From contig CAMTXH010000005.1 in NCBI GenBank assembly GCA_947085655.1, positions 6,110-70,109 of the forward strand: DNA of 64,000 nt, written 5' to 3'. Source of the DNA: an uncultured Omnitrophica bacterium (GTDB lineage: Bacteria > Omnitrophota > Gorgyraeia > JACQQV01). This document shows, piece after piece, positions 51,063 to 61,067 of the stretch. Position numbers and translations under genes: made by a program. The notes beneath the pieces were generated by a model. That model had not been told where the DNA came from. It saw only the letters and a list, made by a program, of their open reading frames with translations, and made no database searches. How positions within the stretch are numbered: position 1 is the first letter of the stretch; each line of letters starts with the position of its first letter.

Positions 51063-52622
51063 ATGATCTTTCAATTTTTCGTGATGCTTCTCATCGGATC
51101 AGTTTTTTCCGGCTGCCAGACGACCCAACAGGCAACCGTGAAAAAAGTGATCATCGTGGGGACCCCTTCTCCTCAGAAAGCCCCCCCGCTGGACGTCCAT
51201 TTCGAAAGGCGAGACCGGAAAAAGCGCTCGCAAAAAGCGCTGATGAAGGCCTATGCCCACTATGCGCTCGGAACGCTCCACGAAAACAAGGACCGGATCG
51301 AGGAGGCGGTTCAGGAATACGAGCGGGCGCTCAAGTATGACGAAACCTCAAGCGCCATTCATACACGTCTCGGCGCCGGCTATATCAAACTGCACCAATT
51401 TGACAAAGCGATCGAGGAACTGAATCAAGCCAAGGCTGTCGATCCAAAAGATGACCGGCCGCGAACCCTCCTCGCCCTTCTCTATATCAGTCTTCGAAGA
51501 ATACCGGAGGCGATTCAGGAATATGAAGAAGCGCTCAAGCAAAACCCCGAAAGTCCCCAGCTTCTTTTTGCGCTGACGGATCTTCATGTGGTCCAGGGCA
51601 ATCTCGATAAGGCGGCCGAGATGTACAAAACGCTGATTGCCCGGGAAGAAAACGGCATCTTTCATTTTAATCTCGGTATCATCTATACCCGGCTTTTGAA
51701 CTGGAAGGAGGCGGAAGATCACTTTCAACGGGCGACGGAACTGGAACCGCAATTTATCGATGCGTATCTGGCGCTCGGTATCCTTTACGAACTCGAGAAA
51801 AAATACGACAAGGCGATCGAGCAGTATGAACATGCGCTTCTCGCCGATCCTTTGAATCCCAAAATCTATCTCCGGCTCGGACAGCTCTATAACGACGAGG
51901 GGAAGGCGAAAGAGGCGATCCGGCAATTTCAGGCCCTTCTCAAAATGGATCCGGATTCACTCGAGGGATCGCTGGAGCTGGCGTATCTGTATCTTAAGGA
52001 GGATCGGGCCAAGGAAGCGGTTTCGATTTTGGAAAGTCTCGTGAAGCGGGGACGCCAGCACCATGATCTTTATTTTCTGTTGGGACTGGCCTACCGGTCC
52101 CTGGACCAATACGACCGGTCCCTCCAGGCCTATCTCAAAAGTCTCGAACTCAAACCGCATCAGGCGAGGACGCACTTCTACCTCGGTTCCCTCTATGATA
52201 GAATGGGCCGAAGGGAAGAAGCGATCCATTCTTTCAAGCAGGCCATCGTCCTCGATCCGGAAAATTCCAACGTTTACAACTATCTCGGCTATTTGTACGC
52301 GGAAGAGGGGATTCATCTGAAGGAAGCGGTGAAATTGATTCATAAAGCGATTACCCTCGACCCGGACAACGGCGCGTATATCGATTCCCTCGGCTGGGCC
52401 TACTATCAGCTTGGCCGGCTGGAAGATGCGGAGCGTGAAATCAAACGTGCCAGCGAGATGATTGAGGACCCGGTGGTGTACGATCATTTGGGGGACGTCT
52501 ATTTCAAACAGGGAAAGTTCGAGGCCTCCAAAGAAGCGTGGCAGAAATCCTATGAACTGGATCCGACAAACGAAGCGGTCAAGAATAAATTGGAACAGTT
52601 GAAGCAGGTCAGCCCACGATGA
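51063..52622 (+). CDS. TPR-repeat lipoprotein
   Basis: Lipoprotein signal LLIGSVFSGC; about 12 TPR units (AxxxYxxAL, GxxYxxxG patterns). Confidence 0.8.
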   Translation: MIFQFFVMLLIGSVFSGCQTTQQATVKKVIIVGTPSPQKAPPLDVHFERRDRKKRSQKALMKAYAHYALGTLHENKDRIEEAVQEYERALKYDETSSAIHTRLGAGYIKLHQFDKAIEELNQAKAVDPKDDRPRTLLALLYISLRRIPEAIQEYEEALKQNPESPQLLFALTDLHVVQGNLDKAAEMYKTLIAREENGIFHFNLGIIYTRLLNWKEAEDHFQRATELEPQFIDAYLALGILYELEKKYDKAIEQYEHALLADPLNPKIYLRLGQLYNDEGKAKEAIRQFQALLKMDPDSLEGSLELAYLYLKEDRAKEAVSILESLVKRGRQHHDLYFLLGLAYRSLDQYDRSLQAYLKSLELKPHQARTHFYLGSLYDRMGRREEAIHSFKQAIVLDPENSNVYNYLGYLYAEEGIHLKEAVKLIHKAITLDPDNGAYIDSLGWAYYQLGRLEDAEREIKRASEMIEDPVVYDHLGDVYFKQGKFEASKEAWQKSYELDPTNEAVKNKLEQLKQVSPR

Positions 52623-53458
52623 GCCCCAAAGCGGACATTCAAGCTCTTAAAAAGAAAGCCAAGGAAATCCGGCGGGATGATCTCACGATGATTGCCAAGG
52701 CCGGTTCCGGACACCCGGGAGGGTCGCTTTCGATGGTGGAAATCCTGACCACTCTTTTTTACGGCGGTGTTCTCCGGCACGACCCAAAAAACCCGGAGTG
52801 GGACAAGCGCGACCGGCTGGTCCTCTCAAAGGGCCACGGCTGCCCGGCCCTTTATGTGGTATTGGCTCACCGGGGATATTTTCCGAGGGATCTTCTCTGG
52901 ACCCTCCGAAAACTTGGATCCCCTCTTCAGGGACATCCCCAGCGCGGCCTTCTTCCCGGCATTGAAATTTCTTCCGGATCGCTCGGCCAGGGACTTTCCA
53001 TCGCCGGCGGGATGGCCCTGGCGGCAAAACTGGATAAGCAAACACACCGGATTTACTGCATCATCGGCGACGGAGAAAGCGATGAGGGCCAGATTTGGGA
53101 AGCGGCGATGACCGCGGCCAAGTATGCGCTGGATAATTTCTGCGCGATCCTGGATGCCAACGGCGTCCAGCAAAACGGGCCGGTCAGCGAAATCAAAAAC
53201 CTTGAACCGCTCCCCGAAAAATGGCGGAGTTTCGGATGGCATCCGATTGAACTGAACGGCCACCGGTTTGAAGAACTCCTTGCGGCCTTTGAAAAGGCAA
53301 AGTCCGTCAAGGGGAAACCGGCCATTCTCATTGCCCGGACGGTCAAAGGGAAGGGGGTCTCTTTTATGGAAGGGCAAAGCAGCTGGCACGGCAAGGCGCC
53401 GAAACCGGAGGAACTGGAGCGGGCCCTTCAGGAAATCGAAGCGGGAAATATCGGATAA
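52619..53458 (+). CDS. Transketolase, N-terminal subunit (split form)
   Basis: GSGHPGGSLSMVEILTTLFY and TPP-binding GDGESDEGQIWEA; ATG overlaps the upstream stop. Confidence 0.9.
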   Translation: MSPKADIQALKKKAKEIRRDDLTMIAKAGSGHPGGSLSMVEILTTLFYGGVLRHDPKNPEWDKRDRLVLSKGHGCPALYVVLAHRGYFPRDLLWTLRKLGSPLQGHPQRGLLPGIEISSGSLGQGLSIAGGMALAAKLDKQTHRIYCIIGDGESDEGQIWEAAMTAAKYALDNFCAILDANGVQQNGPVSEIKNLEPLPEKWRSFGWHPIELNGHRFEELLAAFEKAKSVKGKPAILIARTVKGKGVSFMEGQSSWHGKAPKPEELERALQEIEAGNIG

Positions 53459-53532
53459 CAGGGACTGTCCCTAAGCGTGCTAAGTATCATCTCATCGTTC
53501 GTTGTTCGGTTCGATGAAGGTAAGGAAACGAG

Positions 53533-54498
53533 ATGGGGAGCGCGACAAAGGCACAATCAGAGCAAAAAGCGACACGGGACGGGTTCGGGGAGGGGCTTCT
53601 CGAGCTCGGCAGGACCCGCCCGGACGTCGTCGTGTTGACCGGCGACCTGGGGGATTCGACGCGGGCCAACTGGTTTCAGAAGGAATTTCCGGAACGGTTT
53701 TTTGAAATGGGGATTGCCGAACAGGACATGATGGGTGCGGCGGCAGGTCTTGCCCTTTCCGGAAAAATCCCCTTTGTCTGTTCCTTCGGCGTTTTTGCCA
53801 CCGGCCGGGCCTGGGAACAGATCCGGACCTCCATCTGCAATATGAATTTGAACGTCAAGATCGGCGGGACGCACTGCGGCATCTCCGTCGGTGCCGATGG
53901 AACAACCAACGAGGCGCTGGAAGATATCAGCACCATGCGGGCCCAGGTGAACATGACGGTTTTGGTTCCGTGCGATTCGATCGAGGCGAAAAAGGCGACG
54001 TTGGCGGCGGCCGAGACCCCGGGACCGGTCTATCTGCGGTTGGGACGAAGTCCCTCATCGATCCTCACGAAGGGAAAAGACCCCTTTGTTGTCGGAAAAG
54101 CAAATCTCCTCCGCGAAGGAAAAGATGTGGCTCTTTTTGCCTGCGGGCTCATGGTGGACCGGTCCTTGCGCGCTGCGGCCCTTTTGGAAAAAGAGGGGAT
54201 TCGCGCCCGGGTGGTCAATATGCACACCGTCAAACCGGTGGACCGGGAAGCGATTGTTGCGGCCTGCCGCGACACCGGCGCGATTGTCACCGCCGAAGAG
54301 CACACTATCGTCGGCGGATTCGGAAGCGCCGTTGCCGAGGTGGTGGTTGAAGAGCATCCGGTGCCGATGGCGCGAATCGGCATCCTTGACCGGATCGGGG
54401 AATCCGGCGAGCCGGAAGAACTGTTCAAGGCCTTCCGCCTGACCGCCGAGGATATTGCCCAGGCCGCTCGCCATGTCATCAAGAAAAAAAGAAAATAA
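53533..54498 (+). CDS. Transketolase, C-terminal subunit (split form)
   Basis: FEMGIAEQDMMGAAAGLALSGKIPFVCSFGVFATGRAWEQIR. Confidence 0.9.
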   Translation: MGSATKAQSEQKATRDGFGEGLLELGRTRPDVVVLTGDLGDSTRANWFQKEFPERFFEMGIAEQDMMGAAAGLALSGKIPFVCSFGVFATGRAWEQIRTSICNMNLNVKIGGTHCGISVGADGTTNEALEDISTMRAQVNMTVLVPCDSIEAKKATLAAAETPGPVYLRLGRSPSSILTKGKDPFVVGKANLLREGKDVALFACGLMVDRSLRAAALLEKEGIRARVVNMHTVKPVDREAIVAACRDTGAIVTAEEHTIVGGFGSAVAEVVVEEHPVPMARIGILDRIGESGEPEELFKAFRLTAEDIAQAARHVIKKKRK

Positions 54499-55351
54499 AA
54501 CCCTCACCCTCAAAAGTCCCGCCAAACTGAATCTCTACCTGGATGTTCTCCGGAGGCGTCCCGATGGGTATCATGACATTATCACCTGCTTTGAGCGGAT
54601 TGACCTTGCCGACCGAATTACCCTGACTCCCGCCTCCTTCGGTATCCGCTTGACCGCCAATACCCGGGAGATCCCCTGGGATGAAACGAACCTCGCTTTT
54701 CGCGCGGCGGAGGCGATTCTTCGAAAAACCGGCACGCGGCGGGGAGTCCGGATCCATCTGCATAAGCAGATTCCGGTGGCGGCCGGTCTCGGCGGCGGAA
54801 GTTCCAATGCCGCCACAGTTCTCCTTGGTCTCAACCGGCTTTTTCGTCTGGGCCTGTCCCGAAAGGCCCTCTTGATCCTCGGGAGGCACTTGGGGGCAGA
54901 TGTTCCCTTTTTTCTCCTCGAAACCCCCTTTGCCATGGGGCAAAAAAGGGGGGATCAGGTGAGGCCGATTCAGAGCCCTCTGAAGATCTCACATCTTATT
55001 GTAAATAATAGAGTTAAGTTATCAACCCAGGGGGTTTATCAACAGGGAAATTTTACCTTGACAAGGAAGCGACCAGATGTTAAAATTCTTCAGCGTTTTC
55101 TCGAAAGGGGCAACTTAAGGGGGCTTGTGGAAAGATGTTACAATGCACTGGAGCCGCCCGCAGCAAAAAGTTGCCCTGAAATTTTAGAGATGAAAAAGGC
55201 CCTTCAGACGATGGGGCTCGAAGGGGTCGGTCTTTCGGGAAGCGGTCCGACCGTTTTCGGCTTTGCCAAGAATCTCCATCATGCAAAAAGAATGCGCCGA
55301 ACCATTCTCTCGAAGCACGATTGGGACGTCTTCATCTGTCAAACATATTGA
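54473..55351 (+). CDS. ispE: 4-diphosphocytidyl-2-C-methyl-D-erythritol kinase
   Basis: LKSPAKLNLYLDVLRRRPDGYH and GHMP-kinase PVAAGLGGGSSNAA; start placed at ATG 54473 inside the tkt tail. Confidence 0.85.
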   Translation: MSSRKKENKTLTLKSPAKLNLYLDVLRRRPDGYHDIITCFERIDLADRITLTPASFGIRLTANTREIPWDETNLAFRAAEAILRKTGTRRGVRIHLHKQIPVAAGLGGGSSNAATVLLGLNRLFRLGLSRKALLILGRHLGADVPFFLLETPFAMGQKRGDQVRPIQSPLKISHLIVNNRVKLSTQGVYQQGNFTLTRKRPDVKILQRFLERGNLRGLVERCYNALEPPAAKSCPEILEMKKALQTMGLEGVGLSGSGPTVFGFAKNLHHAKRMRRTILSKHDWDVFICQTY

Positions 55352-55382
55352 GGCATCCGGGGGGAGTTGAGGAGAGAGAGAA

Positions 55383-55823
55383 TTGGAAATCACGGAAGTC
55401 CGAATTTTCCTGAAAGAGGGCCAGGATAAGAAACTCAAGGCCTACGCCACGCTGACCTTCGACAATCAATTTGTCGTCCGGAATGTCAAAGTGATCGAAG
55501 GAGCGAAGGGTCTTTTTGTAGCAATGCCTTCTCGGAAAATGAAGGAAAGCTGCCCGAAATGCGGCTACAAGAACGTGGTTCGAAGCCGCTTCTGCAACCA
55601 GTGCGGCGGGAAGCTCGAGGAACTTCAGCACCCCTCCCCTCATGTGGGTGGAAAAGCCGGACCGGGCGATGAGGAACGACAGTCGGAACACAAAGACATC
55701 GCCCATCCCATCACCCTCGAATTTCGGGAATATGTCCAGAAGAAGGTGTTAGAAGCGTACGAGGCGGAGAAAAAAGCAGGACCTCGGGCCTCTTCCAGCA
55801 CCATAGACAACCCACCGGAGTAA
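55383..55823 (+). CDS. spoVG: SpoVG family protein with a zinc-ribbon insertion and charged C-terminal tail
   Basis: MEITEVRIFLKEG...ATLTFDNQFVVRNVKVIEGAKGLFVAMPSRK and DIAHPIT match SpoVG; CPKCG...CNQCGG lies between these conserved blocks. Confidence 0.8.
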   Translation: MEITEVRIFLKEGQDKKLKAYATLTFDNQFVVRNVKVIEGAKGLFVAMPSRKMKESCPKCGYKNVVRSRFCNQCGGKLEELQHPSPHVGGKAGPGDEERQSEHKDIAHPITLEFREYVQKKVLEAYEAEKKAGPRASSSTIDNPPE

Positions 55824-55864
55824 GACGCGAAACGATTCCGGCATTCGCGTTTCATCCGAACAGT

Positions 55865-55938
55865 TGGGAGATGGTGTAGCGGTAACACACCGGCCTTTGG
55901 AGCCGTGATCGGAGGTTCGAATCCTCCTCTCCCAGCCA
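55865..55938 (+). tRNA. tRNA-Gln (anticodon TTG)
   Basis: Acceptor TGGGAGA/TCTCCCA with a U1:A72 pair, discriminator G, anticodon loop cTTTGGa, T-loop GGTTCGAATCC, encoded CCA. Confidence 0.75.
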
Positions 55939-56021
55939 TCCGTAATGATAGAGGGAGATGGCTGGTGCTTGAGGATTCGAAGGGAAATTTTTTTTCTTTT
56001 CTTGAGGAAAATGAGGAAAAA

Positions 56022-57266
56022 ATGTTAGAGCGTTGTTCGTTTTGCGGAAAAACCAAGGACAAAGTTCAAAAACTTTTCAGCGGACAGGGGGTTTATATCT
56101 GCGACCTCTGCATCAAACTCTGTCATGATGTCATGGTCGAGGACGGCCATCTCCGTTCCCGGAGCCGTCAGGCCTCCCTCGTCCGGGAGGTGCCGAAGCC
56201 GGCCGAAATCAAGCGACAATTGGATGCGTACCTCATCGGTCAGGAAAGACCCAAACGCCAGTTGGCGGTGACGGTGCACAACCATTACAAGCGGGTCCTG
56301 GCCGGCGTGAATGTCGACGATGTGGAATTGGAAAAATCGAACATCCTTTTAATCGGTCCGACCGGATCCGGCAAGACCCTGATGGCAAGGACCCTGGCTC
56401 GGACTCTGGATTTGCCATTTGCGATTTGCGATGCCACCACGCTCACCGAGGCGGGTTATGTCGGGGAAGACGTGGAAAATGTGGTCCTTCGGCTTCTTCA
56501 GGCGGCCAATTTCGACATCAAGCGGGCGGAGTACGGGATTGTCTACATTGACGAGATCGACAAAATCGGAAAAACCCACGAAAACGTTTCCATCACGCGG
56601 GACGTCTCGGGAGAAGGCGTCCAGCAGGCCCTTTTGAAGATTCTGGAAGGGACGATTGCGAATGTCCCGCCGCAGGGTGGACGAAAGCACCCTCATCAGG
56701 AATTCATTCAGGTTGACACCACGAACATCCTCTTCATCGCCGGGGGGACCTTCACCGGCCTTGAGCGGATCATCGAACGGCGAATGGGGCACAAAATCGT
56801 CGGTTTCGGCAAGGGCGCGGAAGGAACCGAAAAGGAACTGGGAAAACTCCTTTCCCGCGTGGAACCGGACGACCTTCTCAAATTCGGCATGATTCCGGAA
56901 TTCATCGGACGGTTTCCGGTGGTCGGGACGCTGGATCCGTTGAGCAAAGCGGATTTGATGGAGATCCTTGTCAAACCCAAAAACGCCCTGATCCGCCAGT
57001 ATACAAAATTTTTTGAATTGGAGAGTGTCAAACTGACATTTACCGATGCGGCCCTTGAGGCGATTGCGGAGGAGGCCCAGCGTCTGAAAACCGGGGCGCG
57101 GGGACTCCGTTCGGTCCTGGAGGATGTGATGCTGGAGGTGATGTACGAAATTCCCTCCCGCAAGGAAGTGGTCGAATGCATCGTCACCCCCGCCTGCATC
57201 CGGCAAGGAATTCCTCCCGAATACATTCTCAAAAGCGGCGTCCGGGCTCAACAGAAAATTGCATAA
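56022..57266 (+). CDS. clpX: ATP-dependent Clp protease ATP-binding subunit ClpX
   Basis: Zinc-binding N-terminus CSFCGK...CDLC; Walker [11 protein letters not shown]; GYVGEDVE and IVYIDEIDK. Confidence 0.95.
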   Translation: MLERCSFCGKTKDKVQKLFSGQGVYICDLCIKLCHDVMVEDGHLRSRSRQASLVREVPKPAEIKRQLDAYLIGQERPKRQLAVTVHNHYKRVLAGVNVDDVELEKSNILLIGPTGSGKTLMARTLARTLDLPFAICDATTLTEAGYVGEDVENVVLRLLQAANFDIKRAEYGIVYIDEIDKIGKTHENVSITRDVSGEGVQQALLKILEGTIANVPPQGGRKHPHQEFIQVDTTNILFIAGGTFTGLERIIERRMGHKIVGFGKGAEGTEKELGKLLSRVEPDDLLKFGMIPEFIGRFPVVGTLDPLSKADLMEILVKPKNALIRQYTKFFELESVKLTFTDAALEAIAEEAQRLKTGARGLRSVLEDVMLEVMYEIPSRKEVVECIVTPACIRQGIPPEYILKSGVRAQQKIA

Positions 57267-57272
57267 CCCGAA

Positions 57273-58043
57273 ATGAGAGACATCGTCTGTGTGATTTTAG
57301 CGGCGGGACAGGGAAAACGGATACAGCAGGGAGAAAAGACCCGTCAGAAAGTTCTTTTGAAACTTCGGCAAAAGCCGATGCTGGGACACGTTCTTGAGAC
57401 GGTCGCCTCCGTCGGAATTGAACGGGTGATCGTGGTAACCGGTCATCAGAGTGAAGAAGTTAAACAATACCTGAGACAGTGGCGGAAGCGTCTCCACATT
57501 GAAACCGTTCGGCAAAAACTGCCCCGCGGAACGGCCGATGCGGTCCGGCAGGCGGAATCGCTTTTGGCTCGACACCGGGGGGATGTTCTGGTTCTCTACG
57601 GCGACACCCCGCTTTTAACGGAACGGACGTTGCGAATGCTCTTGGAGCGGCATCGGGCCCAAAAGAACACGTGTACGCTCTTGACAACGATGTTGGAAGA
57701 TCCGACAGGATATGGTCGGATTGTCCGGAACGGACAGAGTGAAGCGGTCTCCAGGATTGTCGAGGAGGCGGACGCCGGTGCGGATGAGAAAGCGGTGAAG
57801 GAAATCAATGTCGGCGTCTATTGTTTTCAATCGCGGCCCCTTTTTGATGCCATCAAAGAGGTAAAACCGGATAACCGGAAGAACGAATATTACCTGACGG
57901 ATACCATCACGATCCTTGCCGGGAAACGGAAGATGGTTCGTTCGGTGGTAAGCCGTGACCGCTATGAGGTTTTGGGAGTGAATTCGCCTTCGGACCTGAC
58001 CAAGGTCCGTCGGGCTTTTTCCAAGACATCTTCCCATTCATGA
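57273..58043 (+). CDS. Sugar-1-phosphate nucleotidyltransferase, GlmU N-terminal-domain-like, lacking the acetyltransferase LbH domain
   Basis: VILAAGQGKRIQ and LYGDTPLL motifs; 256 aa ending immediately before prs (the expected glmU position). Confidence 0.65.
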   Translation: MRDIVCVILAAGQGKRIQQGEKTRQKVLLKLRQKPMLGHVLETVASVGIERVIVVTGHQSEEVKQYLRQWRKRLHIETVRQKLPRGTADAVRQAESLLARHRGDVLVLYGDTPLLTERTLRMLLERHRAQKNTCTLLTTMLEDPTGYGRIVRNGQSEAVSRIVEEADAGADEKAVKEINVGVYCFQSRPLFDAIKEVKPDNRKNEYYLTDTITILAGKRKMVRSVVSRDRYEVLGVNSPSDLTKVRRAFSKTSSHS

Positions 58044-58993
58044 AGGAAAAACTGGTTGTTTTTTCTGGCAACGCCAATCGGCGACTCGCGGAAGAGATTT
58101 GCCGTTTTTTGAAAATTCCGATCGGAAGTGTCCTGGTGTCCCGGTTCAGCGAAGGGGAGATCCGGGTCAAAATCAACCAGGATGTCCGGGGGCGTGATGT
58201 CTTTGTGGTCCAGTCGACCTGTTCCCCGGTCAACGAGAATCTGATGGAGCTTTTGATTCTCCTCGATGCGCTCCGGCGCGCCTCTGCCCGGCGGATCACG
58301 GCGGTCATCCCCTATTATGGGTATGCCCGTCAGGACCGGAAGGACCAGCCGCGCGTCCCGATCACCGCCAAGTTGGTGGCGAATCTGTTGACCGTATCGG
58401 GAGCCAATCGGGTTCTGACAATGGATTTGCACGCGGGTCAGATCCAGGGCTTTTTTGACATTCCGCTGGACCATCTGTATGCCGTCAATACCTTTGTGGA
58501 CTATATCGGCACGAAAAAAGTCAAGGAGATGGTGGTGGTTTCGCCGGATGTGGGCGGCATCAAGATGGCGCGTGCCTACGCCAAGCGGCTTCGGGCGGAA
58601 CTTGCGATTGTTGATAAAAGGCGGCTGAACGATCGGGATACGGAGGCGATGAACATCCTGGGAGAAGTGAAGGGAAAGAACGTTCTCTTGGTGGATGATT
58701 TGGTCGCGACCGCCGGTTCGCTGACCGAGGCGATCAAGGCGTTGAAAGCACACGGCGCAAGAGAGATTCGGGCCGCTATTACCCACGCCGTTCTCTCGGG
58801 GCCGGCGATAGAGCGGATCGAAAAATCGGCGTTGAAGGAACTGGTCGTGACCGACACGATTCCGATTCCTCCGGAGAAACGGAACAAAAAAATTAAAGTA
58901 TTGTCCGTTGCGCCTGTTTTAGGAGAAGCGATCCGGCGCATCCATAATGAAGAATCGGTCAGTTCTTTGTTTGAACCGACGGTGGAGATGTAA
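58040..58993 (+). CDS. prs: Ribose-phosphate pyrophosphokinase
   Basis: KLVVFSGNANRRLAEEIC and PRPP-binding NVLLVDDLVATAGS. Confidence 0.95.
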   Translation: MKEKLVVFSGNANRRLAEEICRFLKIPIGSVLVSRFSEGEIRVKINQDVRGRDVFVVQSTCSPVNENLMELLILLDALRRASARRITAVIPYYGYARQDRKDQPRVPITAKLVANLLTVSGANRVLTMDLHAGQIQGFFDIPLDHLYAVNTFVDYIGTKKVKEMVVVSPDVGGIKMARAYAKRLRAELAIVDKRRLNDRDTEAMNILGEVKGKNVLLVDDLVATAGSLTEAIKALKAHGAREIRAAITHAVLSGPAIERIEKSALKELVVTDTIPIPPEKRNKKIKVLSVAPVLGEAIRRIHNEESVSSLFEPTVEM

Positions 58994-58995
58994 GA

Positions 58996-59757
58996 ATGGA
59001 GCAGATTGAATTAAAAGCGGAGATCCGCACGGAAATCGGTAAACAAAAAAACAAACATTTGAGGGAAAAAGGATTGATTCCCGCCGTCGTCTACCGACAA
59101 GGCAAGGAAACAGTTCCCTTGAAAATTCCCGCAGGAGAGGTGAACCGGGTCCTTCATACCGAACACGGAGAGAATGTCGTGATTGCTCTGACGGTGACGG
59201 GGGATGCAAAGCAGAAGAAAGAGCGCCTAGTTATGATCAAGGAAGTGCAGAGCGAACCGATTTACGGCGGGATTCTCCATGTGGATTTTCACGAAATCTC
59301 CCTGAGCGAGAAACTGAAAGTTCATGTTCCGGTAGAACCGAAGGGAGAGCCGGTCGGTGTCAAGCAGGACGTTGGCGTGTTGGAGCATACGCTTCGGGAG
59401 GTTGAAGTGGAATGTCTGGTTACCCAAATCCCGAACCATCTGGAAGTGGATGTCTCGCAACTCCAGATCGGGGATTCCCTTCATGTGAGGGATTTGATTG
59501 CACCGGAGGGGGTTCAGATTCTCACCGATCCGGAATTAACCATTTTTACCGTCAAACCTCCCGAGAAAGTGGAAGAGGTAGCACCCGTGGAAGCAGAAGT
59601 GGCGGAACCCGAAGTCATCACCGAAAGAAAGGCGGAAGCCGAGGGCGAGGAAAAAGAGGGGAAGGAGAAAGGAAAAGCGGAAGAGGGCAAAAAGCCCGCA
59701 GCCGAAAAGAAACCGGCCGAAGAAGGGAAGAAAAAAGGCGAGGCAAAGGAAGGGTGA
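58996..59757 (+). CDS. rplY: Ribosomal protein L25/Ctc with long K/E-rich C-terminal extension
   Basis: LKAEIRTEIGKQKNKHLREKGLIPAVVYRQGKE; tail EKEGKEKGKAEEGKKPAAEKKPAEEGKKKGEAKEG. Confidence 0.85.
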   Translation: MEQIELKAEIRTEIGKQKNKHLREKGLIPAVVYRQGKETVPLKIPAGEVNRVLHTEHGENVVIALTVTGDAKQKKERLVMIKEVQSEPIYGGILHVDFHEISLSEKLKVHVPVEPKGEPVGVKQDVGVLEHTLREVEVECLVTQIPNHLEVDVSQLQIGDSLHVRDLIAPEGVQILTDPELTIFTVKPPEKVEEVAPVEAEVAEPEVITERKAEAEGEEKEGKEKGKAEEGKKPAAEKKPAEEGKKKGEAKEG

Positions 59758-60329
59758 AAGTTCTCGTCGGGCTTGGAAACCCCGGCCGCCGGTACGCCAA
59801 CACACGTCACAATATCGGGTTTCGGGTGATCAGTCATTTTGCGAAGGAAGAAGGCATCCGTTTTTCCAAGTCGGACACACTCGGGGCCGTTTGGGGAAAG
59901 GGAGTCTGCGGAGGGGAGGAAGTGCGGGTGGTCCTACCGCAGCGCTTCATGAACCGCTCCGGTGAGGTGGTTCGACGCTTGGTTTCAAAGTGGCATTTTC
60001 CTCTGGAAAAGATGCTGGTGGTGGTGGACGACCTGGCACTTCCGTTGGGTCAGCTCCGGATCCGGTCCCGCGGCTCGGACGGAGGACAAAAAGGACTTCT
60101 TTCCATCATTGAAGCGCTCGGGACGGAAGATTTCTCGAGACTGCGGGTCGGCATCGGTTCTGGAGTCACGGACAAAAACTGGGAGACCTATGTGTTGAAA
60201 CCTTTTGCCAAAAAGGAGGCCTCTCGGGTCGAGTCCACTGTGGAAAGGGCGTCGGAAGGGTGTCGCCTTTGGATTGAAGAAGCAATGGATGTTTGTATGA
60301 ATCGGTTGAACAAGAGAGAACAAACATGA
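59754..60329 (+). CDS. pth: Peptidyl-tRNA hydrolase
   Basis: GTG start overlapping the ctc stop; VKVLVGLGNPGRRYANTRHNIGFRV. Confidence 0.85.
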   Translation: MKVLVGLGNPGRRYANTRHNIGFRVISHFAKEEGIRFSKSDTLGAVWGKGVCGGEEVRVVLPQRFMNRSGEVVRRLVSKWHFPLEKMLVVVDDLALPLGQLRIRSRGSDGGQKGLLSIIEALGTEDFSRLRVGIGSGVTDKNWETYVLKPFAKKEASRVESTVERASEGCRLWIEEAMDVCMNRLNKREQT

Positions 60330-60610
60330 GTCTGTACGAGGGACTTTTTATTGTCCAGCCCGGTTTACCGCCGGAAGAGCAGAAAACAGTCTTTTCCAAA
60401 ATCGAGGAGCCGATTACCAAGCAGGGCGGCACCATTGAAACCGCCCAGGAGTGGGGAAGGCGTCCCCTCGCCTATCCGATCCGAAAGCAGCGGGAGGGGG
60501 TTTATTACCTTATCCGGTTTCAACTGGCTCCCAAGGCCGTTCAGCTGCTTTGGAAAAGTTACGCGATGAATGAATCCATTCTCGGCTCTCTGATTACCCG
60601 GCAGACATAA
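60326..60610 (+). CDS. rpsF: 30S ribosomal protein S6
   Basis: ATG overlapping the pth stop; MSLYEGLFIVQPGLPPEE ... EWGRRPLAYPIRK. Confidence 0.85.
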   Translation: MSLYEGLFIVQPGLPPEEQKTVFSKIEEPITKQGGTIETAQEWGRRPLAYPIRKQREGVYYLIRFQLAPKAVQLLWKSYAMNESILGSLITRQT

Positions 60611-60611
60611 G

Positions 60612-61040
60612 ATGGCAGGCCTTAACCGAGTTTTCTTGATGGGCAACCTGACACGCGATCCGGAACTCCGGTATATTCCGAGCGGGGCGGCGGTGGCAAG
60701 CTTCGGACTCGCCGTGAACCGGACCTACACCTCCCAGTCCGGAGAGAAAAAGGAGGAGGTCTGTTTTGTCAATGTGGTTGTCTGGGGCAAGCAGGCCGAA
60801 AGTTGCAATCAATATCTGAATAAGGGAAGTCTGGTCCTGGTCGAGGGGCGTCTCACCTACCGGGCCTGGGAGCAGGAGGGCCAGAAGCGGAGCACCCTGG
60901 AAGTTCGTGCGGACCGGGTTCAATTCCTGGGCAAGCCGAAGGGAGGCGCTCTGCCACAAGAGGCATTGAAAGTTGAAGAGACCCCTTCCGAACCTTCCAT
61001 GGATGAAGAGGGGATGAGCACTGAAGAAGTGCCGTTTTGA
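60612..61040 (+). CDS. ssb: Single-stranded DNA-binding protein
   Basis: NRVFLMGNLTRDPELRYIPSGAAVASFGLAVNR OB fold; acidic C-terminal tip EEVPF. Confidence 0.95.
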   Translation: MAGLNRVFLMGNLTRDPELRYIPSGAAVASFGLAVNRTYTSQSGEKKEEVCFVNVVVWGKQAESCNQYLNKGSLVLVEGRLTYRAWEQEGQKRSTLEVRADRVQFLGKPKGGALPQEALKVEETPSEPSMDEEGMSTEEVPF

Positions 61041-61067
61041 GCCTCTTTATATTATAAGGAATAACAC

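Noticed and set aside
55905-56021. N-terminal extension of the clpX ORF to ATG 55905
   Set aside because: The extension would translate through the tRNA-Gln gene. ATG 56022 follows a gagga RBS and starts at the conserved ClpX zinc-binding N-terminus.
56349-57251. 300-aa minus-strand ORF
   Set aside because: It is antisense to clpX, which is unmistakable from its zinc-finger and Walker motifs.
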